Origin: an uncultured Planctomycetia bacterium
GTDB lineage: Bacteria > Omnitrophota > Gorgyraeia > Duberdicusellales > 4484-171
DNA length: 64,000 nt
Assembly: GCA_964635565.1 (NCBI GenBank)
Contig: CAZWON010000001.1
Span: 135,020-199,019 of the forward strand
Direction: 5' to 3'
Shown: piece after piece, positions 11,486 through 21,332 of the stretch
Layout of the letters: each line of letters starts with the position of its first letter
Position numbering within the stretch: position 1 is the first letter of the stretch
Translations under genes and position numbers: made by a program
Notes under the pieces: generated by a model
Databases searched by the model: none
The model's input: the letters and a program-made list of their open reading frames with translations, nothing else
What the model was told of the DNA's origin: nothing

Positions 11486-11850
11486 TATATTTGCGTAGTA
11501 TTTTAGATGTAGCGGATAATACAGGAGCTAAAAAGTTAGCATGTATTGGAGTTATTGGGAAGAAAAATAAAAAGCAGGCAAATATCGGTGATGTAGTTAC
11601 CGGTCATGTTAGAGAAATTGGTAGCGGGGAGGCACAAGTGAAAAAAGGGGAGGTTGTAAGAGCAGTAATTGTACGCACAGCCCATCCTATAAGAAGGAAT
11701 GATGGAGTTTTTGTTAAGTTTGATAGAAATGCGTGTGTGATTATTGATAAACAGGGTAATCCCCGAGGCACAAGAGTATTTGGGCCAGTAGCACGAGAGT
11801 TGAGAGAGAAGTTTGGGAAGATTGTTTCTTTAGCTCCTGAGGTGATCTGA
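11482..11850 (+). CDS. rplN: 50S ribosomal protein L14
   Basis: 122 aa; [18 protein letters not shown] matches L14. Confidence 0.93.
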   Translation: MIYLRSILDVADNTGAKKLACIGVIGKKNKKQANIGDVVTGHVREIGSGEAQVKKGEVVRAVIVRTAHPIRRNDGVFVKFDRNACVIIDKQGNPRGTRVFGPVARELREKFGKIVSLAPEVI

Positions 11851-12161
11851 TGTTGAAGATAAGAAAGGGAGATAGAGTTAAGGTATTAAGAGGTAAAGAT
11901 AGAGGAAAGGTAGGTAGAGTTCTTAAGGTTTTAACTCATAAAAACAGAGTTGTAGTGGAAGGAATAAATATTGTTAAGAAGCATATGCGTAGACGTTCAG
12001 AGGCAGAACCTGGGGGGATAAGAGAGATACCCAGCTCTATTCATATTTCTAATGTTAACCTTTTTTGTCCTAATTGTAATAGAGCAGTAAAATTTGCTAC
12101 GCAGATTTTACCCGATAGGTCAAAAATAAGGATATGTAAAAGATGCAAGAAACAGATTTGA
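11850..12161 (+). CDS. rplX: 50S ribosomal protein L24 (KOW domain) with a Cys4 C-terminal segment
   Basis: 103 aa; KOW motif ([18 protein letters not shown]). The C-terminus carries CPNC...CKRC (see findings). Confidence 0.88.
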   Translation: MLKIRKGDRVKVLRGKDRGKVGRVLKVLTHKNRVVVEGINIVKKHMRRRSEAEPGGIREIPSSIHISNVNLFCPNCNRAVKFATQILPDRSKIRICKRCKKQI

Positions 12162-12712
12162 AAGAAAAGTATATTCCCCGTCTTTTAGTTAGTTATCGAA
12201 AAGAGATTGTGCCAAAGATGAAAGAGAAGTTTGGTTACAAGAATGATTTTGCTGTACCTCGTCTTATAAAAATAGTAGTAAATATGGGTGTGGGAGAAGC
12301 TACCAGTGACTCCAAATTGATAGAAAAATGTTCTTATGATTTAAGTCTTATTACAGGTCAACGTCCGAAAGTAACACGCGCACGTAAACCCATTTCTAAT
12401 TTTAAAATTAGAAAAGGAATGGCTATTGGGTGCTGTGTTACTTTAAGGAGATATCGTATGTATGAGTTTTTAGATAGGCTTATTTCTGTAGCTATACCTC
12501 GAATAAGAGATTTTAGAGGCTTTTCTCTTCATTCATTTGATGGAAGAGGTAATTATACATTTGGGCTTACAGAGCAGACAGTTTTTCCTGAAGTAGACAT
12601 AGATAAGGTAGAAAAGACCCAAGGTATGGATATAACTATCAATACGACTGCTTTAACAGATGAGGAAGCAAGAGAGCTTCTTAGGCTTTTTGGTTTTCCT
12701 TTTAGGAGGTGA
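12143..12712 (+). CDS. rplE: 50S ribosomal protein L5
   Basis: 189 aa; L5 family; operon position. Confidence 0.93.
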   Translation: MQETDLKEKYIPRLLVSYRKEIVPKMKEKFGYKNDFAVPRLIKIVVNMGVGEATSDSKLIEKCSYDLSLITGQRPKVTRARKPISNFKIRKGMAIGCCVTLRRYRMYEFLDRLISVAIPRIRDFRGFSLHSFDGRGNYTFGLTEQTVFPEVDIDKVEKTQGMDITINTTALTDEEARELLRLFGFPFRR

Positions 12713-12713
12713 A

Positions 12714-12908
12714 ATGGCCAGTTTAGCAAAGATAGAGAAGTGGAAGAAAGAAAGAGTAAAGGTTAAATATAAAACTCGCTATAGAAATCGTTGCCGTATT
12801 TGTGGTAGACCCCGGGGTTATATTCGTGACTTTGAACTATGTCGAATATGTTTTCGACAGTTAGCGTGGCAAGGCCTTATACCGGGAGTTAAAAAAGCTA
12901 GTTGGTAA
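12714..12908 (+). CDS. rpsZ: 30S ribosomal protein S14 type Z (zinc-binding short form)
   Basis: The ATG at 12714 sits 2 nt after the rplE stop and is preceded by AGGAGGTG. The 64-aa product ([12 protein letters not shown]...) has CRICGRPRG...CRIC, the C+ zinc-ribbon S14. The longer track ORF from 12660 lies in the rplE 3' region and is rejected. Confidence 0.9.
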   Translation: MASLAKIEKWKKERVKVKYKTRYRNRCRICGRPRGYIRDFELCRICFRQLAWQGLIPGVKKASW

Positions 12909-12924
12909 CTTAAGGGAAGAAGAT

Positions 12925-13320
12925 ATGAGCAGAACAGATTTAGTTAGCGATGCCTTAACAATTGTCCGTAATGCTTATAAAGCTAATAAGGAAGAGGTTC
13001 TTATTCCTTATTCTAATATGTTGGTTGGTATTATGGAGATTTTGAAAAAAGAAGGTTATATAGAGAATTTTAGAGTCATTGAGTTAGGAAAGATAAAAAA
13101 AATAAAAATTTATCTTAAGTATGAAGGAAAAAAAGGAGCTATTTCTAATATTAAAAGAATTTCTAAACCAGGAAGGCGAGTGTATGTTTCTAAAGGAAAG
13201 ATTCCTTGTGTGCTTTCAGGGTATGGGATAGCATTGGTATCCACATCACAGGGAATTATAACGGATAGAGAGGCAAAAGAATTAAGGATCGGAGGAGAAG
13301 TAATTTGTTACGTATGGTGA
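12925..13320 (+). CDS. rpsH: 30S ribosomal protein S8
   Basis: 131 aa; S8 family (DALTIVRNA... at the N-terminus). Confidence 0.93.
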   Translation: MSRTDLVSDALTIVRNAYKANKEEVLIPYSNMLVGIMEILKKEGYIENFRVIELGKIKKIKIYLKYEGKKGAISNIKRISKPGRRVYVSKGKIPCVLSGYGIALVSTSQGIITDREAKELRIGGEVICYVW

Positions 13321-13324
13321 TAGA

Positions 13325-13864
13325 ATGTCTAAGATAGGAAAACAGCCCATTACTATTCCTTCAGGAGTTAAAGTAAATATTCAGGATAGAGTTATAACTG
13401 TAGAAGGTCCGAAAGGAAAATTAAATTTTACTTTTTCCCCTTTAGTAGAAGTAAAGGTAGATAATTCTCAGATTATAATAAAGGCTCTTTCTAAAGAGAA
13501 ATTAGGAAAAGCTCTTTTTGGCACTACCAGAGCAGTGATAAATAATATGGTAAAAGGGGTCATTGAAGGTTTTAGAAAAGAATTGGAGATAGTAGGAATA
13601 GGTTATAAGGCCCAGATAAAAGGCAAAAGTTTAGTTTTACAGATTGGTTTTTCTCATCCTGTAGAAATACCCATTCCCTCAGATATTAATGTTTCTGTCC
13701 CTTCGCCTACTAAGATAGTAGTAGAGGGGATTGACAAAGTTAAGGTTGGTCAATTTGCTGTTGATATAAGAAAGATATACCCCCCTGAGCCTTATAAAGG
13801 GAAGGGAATTCGTTACAGTAAAGAAATAGTAAGGAAAAAGTTAGGTAAAACAATGGCTAAATAA
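13325..13864 (+). CDS. rplF: 50S ribosomal protein L6
   Basis: 179 aa; MSKIGKQPITIP start and two L6 repeats. Confidence 0.92.
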   Translation: MSKIGKQPITIPSGVKVNIQDRVITVEGPKGKLNFTFSPLVEVKVDNSQIIIKALSKEKLGKALFGTTRAVINNMVKGVIEGFRKELEIVGIGYKAQIKGKSLVLQIGFSHPVEIPIPSDINVSVPSPTKIVVEGIDKVKVGQFAVDIRKIYPPEPYKGKGIRYSKEIVRKKLGKTMAK

Positions 13865-13888
13865 TATAGGGATAGGGAGAAGTTAAGA

Positions 13889-14242
13889 GTGAAGTTTAAG
13901 GGAAGAGGCAGAAGACATAAAAGAATAACTAAAAGGATTAAGGGTAACAAGGAGAGACCAAGGCTTGTGGTTTTTAGAAGCAAGAAACATTTTTATGCTC
14001 ACCTGATAGATGATAGTGAAGGGAAGGTGATTACAGGGGTTTCTACATTAAATAGAGAGTTTAAAGAAAAGGGGTTGAAGTCTAATAACAAAGAAGGGGC
14101 AAAAATTTTAGGCGGAATATTTGTGAAAAAATTAGAGGAGTTAGGTATTAAGAAGATTTCTTTTGATCGCGCAGGGTATAAGTATCATGGTAGAGTAAAA
14201 GCTTTTGCCGAAGGGGTAAGAGAGGGAGGAGTTATTTTCTGA
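13889..14242 (+). CDS. rplR: 50S ribosomal protein L18
   Basis: 117 aa; GTG start preceded by AGGGAGAAG; core PRLVVFRS...[12 protein letters not shown] matches L18. Confidence 0.9.
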   Translation: MKFKGRGRRHKRITKRIKGNKERPRLVVFRSKKHFYAHLIDDSEGKVITGVSTLNREFKEKGLKSNNKEGAKILGGIFVKKLEELGIKKISFDRAGYKYHGRVKAFAEGVREGGVIF

Positions 14243-14709
14243 TGGTGTCACCAGACAAAATAGAGACAAAACAAGAGGAAGCTTTTATAGAAAAGGTTAT
14301 TTTTATTAATCGGGTTACCAAAGTTACCAAGGGAGGTAAGAACCTTGGTTTTACTGCTTTGATCGTTGTGGGTGATGGAATTTCTCGGGTAGGGTTTTCT
14401 TTGGGAAAGGCTAATGAGGTTGCTGATGCTATTCGTAAAGGGATAAAAAAAGCAAAAAAGAATCTTGTTTATATAAGGAAAAAACAAACGACAATTCCTC
14501 ATGAAGTGTATGGGAAGTTTGGCGCAGTAGAAGTGTTTCTTAAACCTGCTCTTAAAGGGACAGGAGTTATTGCTTCCAGTCCTATAAGGGCAATATGTGA
14601 ATGTGTAGGAATAAGAGATATTTTGACAAAAGTATTAAAAAAATCTACCAATCCTATTAATGTAGTTAAAGCAACATTTAATGCTTTAGGTAGTTTAAAA
14701 GGAGATTAA
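14242..14709 (+). CDS. rpsE: 30S ribosomal protein S5
   Basis: 155 aa; S5 dsRBD and C-terminal domains ([21 protein letters not shown]). Confidence 0.93.
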   Translation: MVSPDKIETKQEEAFIEKVIFINRVTKVTKGGKNLGFTALIVVGDGISRVGFSLGKANEVADAIRKGIKKAKKNLVYIRKKQTTIPHEVYGKFGAVEVFLKPALKGTGVIASSPIRAICECVGIRDILTKVLKKSTNPINVVKATFNALGSLKGD

Positions 14710-15161
14710 TGCAGTTGCACAATTTAAAGATTAAAAATAAGAAGAAAAAACCCAAAAGGGTAGGAAGAGGTTGTGGTAGCGGTCATGGTAAGACATCAGG
14801 CAGAGGGCATAAAGGAGCAGGTCAGAGAAAAGGAAGGGTTCATTACATAGGTTTTGAAGGAGGAAATGTTCCTTATTTGAGAAAAATTCCTAAGAGAGGA
14901 TTTGTGGCAAAGAATCCCAAAGTTTATCAGATTGTGAATTTGCAGAGCATTGTGGAACGTCTGAAGAACAAGAAAGAAATTACTCCTCAGCAGTTAAAAG
15001 AGGTGAATTTAATAGAGAGTATAGATAGACCCGTAAAAATATTGGCAAAATTAAAGGATAATTTAGATTGGCCAGCTACTTTTAAAGCACATAAATTTTC
15101 TAAAAAAGCAGTAAAGATAATTCAAGATAGAGGAGGAAAGATAGAGTGTTTGCCTCATTAA
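14709..15161 (+). CDS. rplO: 50S ribosomal protein L15
   Basis: 150 aa with a Gly/Lys/Arg-rich N-terminus typical of L15. Follows rpsE with no L30 gene between them. Confidence 0.9.
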   Translation: MQLHNLKIKNKKKKPKRVGRGCGSGHGKTSGRGHKGAGQRKGRVHYIGFEGGNVPYLRKIPKRGFVAKNPKVYQIVNLQSIVERLKNKKEITPQQLKEVNLIESIDRPVKILAKLKDNLDWPATFKAHKFSKKAVKIIQDRGGKIECLPH

Positions 15162-16501
15162 GAAATATTTTTAGTATTCCTGATCTTAGAAAGAAGGTTT
15201 TAGTTACTCTTTCTTTACTTATAGTTTATAGAATTGGATGTTTTATCCCTACACCTGGTATAGATACATTAGCATTATCTAGGTTTTTTGAAGAACTTAC
15301 CCGTGCCCATGGTCAGACTCTTTTAGGGATGATAAATCTTTTTACTGGCGGAGCATTAAGAAGACTGAGTATTTTTGCTTTAGGAATTATGCCCTATATC
15401 TCTGCTTCTATTATTATGCAGCTTCTTACTGCTGTTATTCCTTCCTTAGAGAGGATTGCAAGGGAGGGGCGTAGCGGATATGAAAAAATTAATCAGTATA
15501 CCCGTTATTTTACTTTGGGTTTATGTTTATTCCAGGGATTTATGCTTGCTAAATGGCTTGAGAATCCTGCCAGTTTCAGAGGGACAGTGATTGTGCCTAA
15601 TCCGGGGATTGGATTTGAGCTTATCACTGTATTTACTTTAGCCTGTGGCACAATATTTATTATGTGGTTGGGAGAGCAAATTCAGGAACGCGGTATAGGT
15701 AATGGGATATCTTTGATTATTGCTACTAGTATTATATCTAGAATCCCCTCTTCATTATATTATCTTTGGGTTCTTTATTCTCCTTTTAATCCTTCAGAAA
15801 GGCAAATTAGCACCGTTGTACTTATTACTCTTCTTGTATTATGGCTTTTGTTGATTGCTTTAGTAGTATTCTTTACCCAAGCTCAACGGCGCATTCCTGT
15901 TCAATATGCAAGAAGAGTTGTAGGTAGGCGTATTTATGGAGGGCAAAGTACTTTTTTACCTATTAGAGTAGATATGGCAGGAGTTATTGCTATAATTTTT
16001 GCTCAGAGTGTCTTGCTTTTTCCTGCTACTATTGCTAATTTTTTTCCTCAGAGTACATCTTTTATGGGGTTTTTACAACGTGTGTTTAGGGCAGGAGGCT
16101 TATGGTATACCATTATTTATGTAGGGTTAATTATCTTCTTTATGTATTTTTATACTGCCATTGTTTTTAATCCTATAGAAATTTCTAATAATTTAAAAAA
16201 ATATGGAGGATTTATTCCTGGGATAAGACCAGGAAAGAATACCGCGGAATACATTGATTTTGTGGCAACAAGAATTGTTTTTGCAGGAGCTTTGTATGTG
16301 GCGACTATTGCAGTTATGCCTTCATTTATTGTAAAGTTTTTTAATATTCCTTCTTATGCTATTGCCTCTTTTTTCGGAGGGACTACAATCTTGATTATGG
16401 TAGGGGTAATTTTAGATACAATGCGTCAGATTGAAGGGCAGCTTCTTATTCGCCATTATGAAGGGTTTATTAAAGGTAAAACATTGAGAGCAAGAAGATG
16501 A
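15146..16501 (+). CDS. secY: Preprotein translocase subunit SecY
   Basis: 451 aa polytopic membrane protein; SecY family sequence; spc-operon position. Confidence 0.93.
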   Translation: MFASLRNIFSIPDLRKKVLVTLSLLIVYRIGCFIPTPGIDTLALSRFFEELTRAHGQTLLGMINLFTGGALRRLSIFALGIMPYISASIIMQLLTAVIPSLERIAREGRSGYEKINQYTRYFTLGLCLFQGFMLAKWLENPASFRGTVIVPNPGIGFELITVFTLACGTIFIMWLGEQIQERGIGNGISLIIATSIISRIPSSLYYLWVLYSPFNPSERQISTVVLITLLVLWLLLIALVVFFTQAQRRIPVQYARRVVGRRIYGGQSTFLPIRVDMAGVIAIIFAQSVLLFPATIANFFPQSTSFMGFLQRVFRAGGLWYTIIYVGLIIFFMYFYTAIVFNPIEISNNLKKYGGFIPGIRPGKNTAEYIDFVATRIVFAGALYVATIAVMPSFIVKFFNIPSYAIASFFGGTTILIMVGVILDTMRQIEGQLLIRHYEGFIKGKTLRARR

Positions 16502-17148
16502 GGATAATTCTTTTGGGAGCACCAGGTAGTGGCAAAGGAACCCAGGCAAAAGAGATTAGTGAGTATTTTAAAGTCAAGAGGATTTCTTTGGGAGATATTT
16601 TAAGAGAAGAAGTTAAGAATAATTCTCTTTTAGGGAATAAGGTTAAGCAGTATATGGAAAAAGGTATTCTCGTCCCTGATGAGATTATGGAAGAGATTAT
16701 TAATGAAAATATTACTGGTGAGGGGTTTGTGCTTGATGGATACCCCCGGAATGTCAAGCAGGCTCGTTACTTGGATAGTATCCTTTTACGCCGCCGAAAA
16801 AAGATTGATGTGGTATTTTATTTAGATGTTGACGAGACAACGGTTCTGAAGAGATTAGAGTTCCGGAGAATTTGTAAAAAATGTGGCGCAAATTACCATC
16901 TTATTAATATGCCTCCTAAAAATGAAGAAGTTTGTGATTTATGCGGAGAAAAGCTTATTCAGAGGAGAGACGATACACCTTCTGTAATAAAAGAACGTTT
17001 AAATGTTTTTTTAAATGAAAGCAAACCTCTTTTACATTTTTATAAAGAAGAAGACAAACTTATAAAGATAGATGCACGGCGTAATAAAGATGAAGTTTTT
17101 AAAGATATAAAATTATTTCTGGAGAATGGAAGATATTTTAAACAATAG
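16498..17148 (+). CDS. adk: Adenylate kinase (zinc-lid type)
   Basis: 216 aa; P-loop GAPGSGKGTQ; lid with CKKCG...CDLCG. Confidence 0.93.
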   Translation: MRIILLGAPGSGKGTQAKEISEYFKVKRISLGDILREEVKNNSLLGNKVKQYMEKGILVPDEIMEEIINENITGEGFVLDGYPRNVKQARYLDSILLRRRKKIDVVFYLDVDETTVLKRLEFRRICKKCGANYHLINMPPKNEEVCDLCGEKLIQRRDDTPSVIKERLNVFLNESKPLLHFYKEEDKLIKIDARRNKDEVFKDIKLFLENGRYFKQ

Positions 17149-17869
17149 AGAAATCATTATGATGAAACGTATAGGTAAAATAGCACGTATATTTTTGCAG
17201 AGGTTAAAAAAGGTAATAAAGGCAGGAATTACCACCAAAGATATAGAGAGGCAATTTGATAGTTTTTTACAGACTTACAGACTTAACAGTGCCTTTAAGG
17301 GATATAATGGATATCCTGCCTCTTTATGTGTTTCTGTTAACGAAGAGATAATTCATGGTATTCCTCAAGAGAATAGAGTAATAAAGGATGGAGATTTGGT
17401 AAGTGTGGATTTAGGGATAGAAAAGGATAGTCTTTTTGTAGACTGTGCTTATACTTACTTAGTAGGAAAGGTTTCTTCTTTTAAAAAAAAATTATTCAAA
17501 GTCGGTCTATGGGCTTTAAGGGAAGGGATAAAAAAGGCTTATATAGGTAATACTACAGGAGATATAGGTTTTGCCATTCAAAAAGTAGTAGAGAGAAACG
17601 GATTTTCTGTAATAAGAAGGTTTGTAGGGCATGGCATTGGGCATAAGTTGCATTGTTATCCTGAGGTTCCTAATTTTGGAGAAAAAAAGACAGGAGCTAC
17701 TCTAAAAGAAGGGATGGTTTTAGCTATTGAGCCTATGATTTCCTCAGGTAGTTATGAGGTAGAAATACTTGATGATGGTTGGACAGCAAAGACAAGAGAT
17801 GGCTCTTTGAGCTGTCACTTTGAGCATACAGTAGCAGTTACAAAGAAAGGACCTCTAATAATTACTTAA
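17126..17869 (+). CDS. map: Methionine aminopeptidase type I
   Basis: 247 aa; pita-bread fold with the expected metal-ligand pattern (D..D..H..E..E); position after adk. Confidence 0.9.
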   Translation: MEDILNNREIIMMKRIGKIARIFLQRLKKVIKAGITTKDIERQFDSFLQTYRLNSAFKGYNGYPASLCVSVNEEIIHGIPQENRVIKDGDLVSVDLGIEKDSLFVDCAYTYLVGKVSSFKKKLFKVGLWALREGIKKAYIGNTTGDIGFAIQKVVERNGFSVIRRFVGHGIGHKLHCYPEVPNFGEKKTGATLKEGMVLAIEPMISSGSYEVEILDDGWTAKTRDGSLSCHFEHTVAVTKKGPLIIT

Positions 17870-17877
17870 TCATATGT

Positions 17878-18096
17878 ATGTCTAAAGAAGAATTAATAGA
17901 AGTAGAGGGAGAAATATTAGAAGCTTTACCTAATGCAATGTTTAGGGTGAAATTGGATAATGGGCATATAGTATTGGCACATGTAAGCGGTAAGATGAGA
18001 ATGCATTTTATAAGGATTCTTCCTGGAGATAGAGTAAAATTAGAGATTTCTCCCTATGACCTTAATCGAGGAAGGATAACCTATCGGTATAAGTAA
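17878..18096 (+). CDS. infA: Translation initiation factor IF-1
   Basis: 72 aa S1-like OB fold ([30 protein letters not shown]). Confidence 0.93.
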   Translation: MSKEELIEVEGEILEALPNAMFRVKLDNGHIVLAHVSGKMRMHFIRILPGDRVKLEISPYDLNRGRITYRYK

Positions 18097-18105
18097 GAGG
18101 AGGAT

Positions 18106-18219
18106 ATGAAAGTAAAATCATCCGTAAAAAAGATTTGTGATAAGTGTAGGATAGTTAGGCGTAAAGGAATAGTAAGAGTTATTTGCAGAGATCCAAAACA
18201 CAAACAACGGCAAGGATAG
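18106..18219 (+). CDS. rpmJ: 50S ribosomal protein L36 (zinc-ribbon form)
   Basis: Absent from the ORF track. ATG at 18106 is preceded by GAGGAGG. The 37-aa product [37 protein letters not shown] is near-identical in pattern to bacterial L36 (C-x2-C-x12-C-x4-H). It sits between infA and rpsM as expected. Confidence 0.88.
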   Translation: MKVKSSVKKICDKCRIVRRKGIVRVICRDPKHKQRQG

Positions 18220-18305
18220 AGGAAGATAGTTTATTAGGTTGATATAGAAGCAAAGAAAATTTACTTTTTAAAAAGAAAATAAAGCTTATTTATTGAGGAG
18301 GTAAG

Positions 18306-18677
18306 ATGCCAAGAATTTTAGGAGTAGATATTCCTAAGGATAAGAAAGTGAAAATTTCTCTTCGTTATCTTTATGGGATAGGCCCTGCAAATGCGCTAGA
18401 TGTATTAAACGCTACTAATATTGATTCCGAAAAAAAAGCAGGGGATTTAACCGATGATGAAATCGCACGTATGGCTAGTTATATTCAATCGCACTATAAA
18501 ATTGAAGGTGAACTGAGAAGAGAAGTATCTTCAGCGATAAGGAGATTGATTGAAATTGGTTGTTACAGAGGATTAAGGCATAAAAAGAAATTACCTGTAA
18601 GAGGTCAACGCACGCGTTGTAATGCCCGCACGCGAAAAGGTCCTCGTCCGCGAGTAGGAGGAGTTAAGAAAAAATAA
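18306..18677 (+). CDS. rpsM: 30S ribosomal protein S13
   Basis: 123 aa; [10 protein letters not shown] start; RBS GAGGAGG. Confidence 0.93.
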   Translation: MPRILGVDIPKDKKVKISLRYLYGIGPANALDVLNATNIDSEKKAGDLTDDEIARMASYIQSHYKIEGELRREVSSAIRRLIEIGCYRGLRHKKKLPVRGQRTRCNARTRKGPRPRVGGVKKK

Positions 18678-18708
18678 AATTTATTTTGGATTAGAAAAAG
18701 GAGAAAGT

Positions 18709-19101
18709 ATGGTAAAAAGAAAGCGCAGAGAGAAAAAAAAGAAAATTCATCTGACTTCTAATATAGGAGTAGTCCATATAAATGCTACTTTTAATAATAC
18801 TATTATTACTGTTACTGATTTAAAAGGGAATGCTTTAGCATGGTCATCAGGGGGATTGATTGGATTTAAAGGGACTAAAAAATCTACCCCTTATGCTGCT
18901 CAGTTAGCTGCTTTTAATGTAGCTAAGAGAGTAAAAGAGATGGGATTGAGTGAAGTGGAGGTTGTAGTTAAAGGGCCAGGTCCGGGAAGAGAGGCAGCAA
19001 TTCGGTCTTTTCAGAGTGCAGGTTTAAATGTCAAGAGGGTAAAAGATGTTACTCCTTCTCCCCATAACGGCTGTCGGCCAAGGAAGAAAAGAAGAGTGTA
19101 A
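18709..19101 (+). CDS. rpsK: 30S ribosomal protein S11
   Basis: 130 aa; S11 family ([18 protein letters not shown]). Confidence 0.93.
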   Translation: MVKRKRREKKKKIHLTSNIGVVHINATFNNTIITVTDLKGNALAWSSGGLIGFKGTKKSTPYAAQLAAFNVAKRVKEMGLSEVEVVVKGPGPGREAAIRSFQSAGLNVKRVKDVTPSPHNGCRPRKKRRV

Positions 19102-19126
19102 TAATTAAGAAAGAGAGGGTTTTTGT

Positions 19127-19756
19127 ATGGCAAGGTATATTGAAGCAAGATGTAGATTGTGCCGTAGAGAAGGGATGAAATTATTTTTAAAAGGAGAAAA
19201 GTGTAATACAGAAAAATGCCCCCTTATTAAAAGACCTTATCCGCCTGGTTTTCATGGTAAGCGTCAGTCAAAACCTTCCTATTATGCCTTGCAGTTAAGG
19301 GAAAAGCAAAAGGTGAAAAGAATGTATGGGATTTTGGAAAGACAATTTAGGCGTTTTTTCTCTCAAGCAGCAAAGTCAAAAGGTACAACAGGCGAGACAT
19401 TATTGCAGTTGTTAGAGAGGCGGTTGGATAATGTAGTTTATCGTGCTCTTTTTGCCTTTTCTCGTTCCCAGGCCCGCCAAATTGTTCGCCATGGATATGT
19501 TTTTATAGGAGAAAAGAGGGTAGATATTCCATCTTATTTAGTGGAAGAAGGAACAGTTATTCAGATAAAAGGAAAAGAAAATATGTTAAAGCAGATTCGT
19601 CAGAATATAGAAACAAATTCTAAAGAAAGGAGCAGTCCTTCATGGTTGTCTGTAGACAAGAATAACCTCAAAATAGAGATATTAAGGCTTCCTCAAAGAG
19701 AAGATATTACTATACCTATTAATGAGCAGTTGATTGTAGAGTTATATTCTAAATAA
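19127..19756 (+). CDS. rpsD: 30S ribosomal protein S4 (zinc-binding form)
   Basis: 209 aa; N-terminal CRLCRREG..C..EKC cysteine cluster and an S4 RNA-binding domain. Confidence 0.93.
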   Translation: MARYIEARCRLCRREGMKLFLKGEKCNTEKCPLIKRPYPPGFHGKRQSKPSYYALQLREKQKVKRMYGILERQFRRFFSQAAKSKGTTGETLLQLLERRLDNVVYRALFAFSRSQARQIVRHGYVFIGEKRVDIPSYLVEEGTVIQIKGKENMLKQIRQNIETNSKERSSPSWLSVDKNNLKIEILRLPQREDITIPINEQLIVELYSK

Positions 19757-19810
19757 TTAATCTCGGATAATAAATTTTAGTATTTATAATGATTATAAGG
19801 AGGTAAAAGT

Positions 19811-20800
19811 ATGGGGATAAAATGGAGAGATTTTCAATTTCCTAAGAAGATTATTATTGAGGAAGACTCTTATACATCTTATTATGGTAAATTTGTTGCT
19901 GAGCCTTTTGAGAGAGGGTATGGAGTGACCCTGGGAAATTCTTTAAGAAGAGTTTTGCTTTCTTCAATAGAAGGGGCAGCGGTAACATCAGTAAGGATTG
20001 AGGGAGTTTCTCATGAATTTTCTGCTTTAGAAGGAGTGTTAGAAGATGTTCCTCAGATAATTCTTAACATAAAGAACATCGTTTTAAAATCATATTCTAA
20101 AGTTCCCAAAAAGATTTATATAAAAGCTCACGGTGAAAAAGAAGTAAGGGCAAAAGATATTATAACCGATGATACTATTGAAGTAGTGAATCCTGATTTA
20201 TATATTGCAACCTTAACTTCAGCCAGCGCCACATTGAATATTGAGATGGATGTAGGCAGGGGAAGAGGTTTTGTGCCAGCAGAGTTTAACAAAAAAGAAG
20301 ATATGCCTGTAGGTTTTATTGCAATAGATTCAATTTTTACTCCTGTAAAGAAGGTTGATTTTAAAGTAGAAAATACAAGGGTAGGAAATAGAACTGATTA
20401 TGACCGCCTCATTATAGAGATATGGACTAATGCCAGTATTGAACCTAAAGAAGCTTTGATTTATGCAGCCAAGATTTTCAGTAAACATTTAGAGTTATTT
20501 TTCTCTTTAGGAGAAATAGCTGAAGAGGAGGAAGTTGAAGAGTTAACCCCTGAGGAAATATCTCTTTATGAGAAACTTAAACTTCCTATCTCTGAGCTGG
20601 AGCTTTCCGTAAGAAGCGCCAATTGTTTAAGGGAAGCAAATATAAAGATCCTTGCCGATTTGGTAGAGAAAAGTGAGAACCAGATGCTTTCCTACCGTAA
20701 TTTTGGAAAAAAATCTTTAGTAGAAATAGTTAATCTTTTGAAAGGGATGGGATTATCATTAGGGATGAAAATTGATAGAAAAAAAATGCATATAGTATGA
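19811..20800 (+). CDS. rpoA: DNA-directed RNA polymerase alpha subunit
   Basis: 329 aa; N-terminal dimerisation domain and C-terminal alpha-CTD (LELSVRSANCL). Confidence 0.93.
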   Translation: MGIKWRDFQFPKKIIIEEDSYTSYYGKFVAEPFERGYGVTLGNSLRRVLLSSIEGAAVTSVRIEGVSHEFSALEGVLEDVPQIILNIKNIVLKSYSKVPKKIYIKAHGEKEVRAKDIITDDTIEVVNPDLYIATLTSASATLNIEMDVGRGRGFVPAEFNKKEDMPVGFIAIDSIFTPVKKVDFKVENTRVGNRTDYDRLIIEIWTNASIEPKEALIYAAKIFSKHLELFFSLGEIAEEEEVEELTPEEISLYEKLKLPISELELSVRSANCLREANIKILADLVEKSENQMLSYRNFGKKSLVEIVNLLKGMGLSLGMKIDRKKMHIV

Positions 20801-21267
20801 GGCATAGAAAAAAAAGTGAAAAATTTTCTCGTCCCCGTGCTCAGCGGAAGGCACTCTTGAGGAGTCTTTTACGTTCTCTCATCATTTATGAGAGGATAAA
20901 GACTACTTCTTCAAAAGCTAAGGCATTGAGTTCCAGCATAGAAAGACTTATTACCTTAGCAAAAAGAGGAGATTTGCATTCTCGGAGACTTTCTTATCGT
21001 CTTCTAGGTAACCATAGTATTGTTAAAAGGTTATTTGATGAAATAGCTCCTCGCTTTAAGGAGGTGCAAGGTGGGTATACACGTATATTTAATGTAGGTT
21101 ACAGGAAGGGCGATGGTGCACAACTTTCTATAGTGGAATTTAGCCGTCGGAAAGAAAAATTAAAAAAGAAAGAAAAAGCACAAAAGAAAGAAGAATCTTT
21201 ACCTTTTAAGAAAGAAGAGAAAAAAGGTTTTCTTTCAGGTGTTAAAGATATTTTTAAGAAAAAATAG
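20797..21267 (+). CDS. rplQ: 50S ribosomal protein L17 with a Lys/Glu-rich C-terminal tail
   Basis: 156 aa; L17 core (MRHRKK..., TLAKRGDLHSRR) plus a ~40-aa K/E-rich extension. Confidence 0.9.
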   Translation: MRHRKKSEKFSRPRAQRKALLRSLLRSLIIYERIKTTSSKAKALSSSIERLITLAKRGDLHSRRLSYRLLGNHSIVKRLFDEIAPRFKEVQGGYTRIFNVGYRKGDGAQLSIVEFSRRKEKLKKKEKAQKKEESLPFKKEEKKGFLSGVKDIFKKK

Positions 21268-21332
21268 AATTTTCTTTGAAAAAATACAATATTTGTTTTC
21301 TTAATTTGTAAGTTTATGCCTTCTTTATATAT

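Noticed and set aside
12660-12713. Track ORF start at 12660 for the S14 gene (82 aa) and at 54500 for L31 (79 aa)
   Set aside because: The extra N-terminal residues lie in the 3' end of the preceding gene or in non-conserved sequence. Internal ATGs at 12714 and 54539 have consensus AGGAGGTG RBSs and give proteins of canonical length and sequence.
18220-18305. Promoter for the alpha operon (TTGATA...TACTTT) upstream of rpsM
   Set aside because: The -10 match is poor (TACTTT) and operon continuity from infA-rpmJ makes a dedicated promoter unnecessary. Not reported as a feature.
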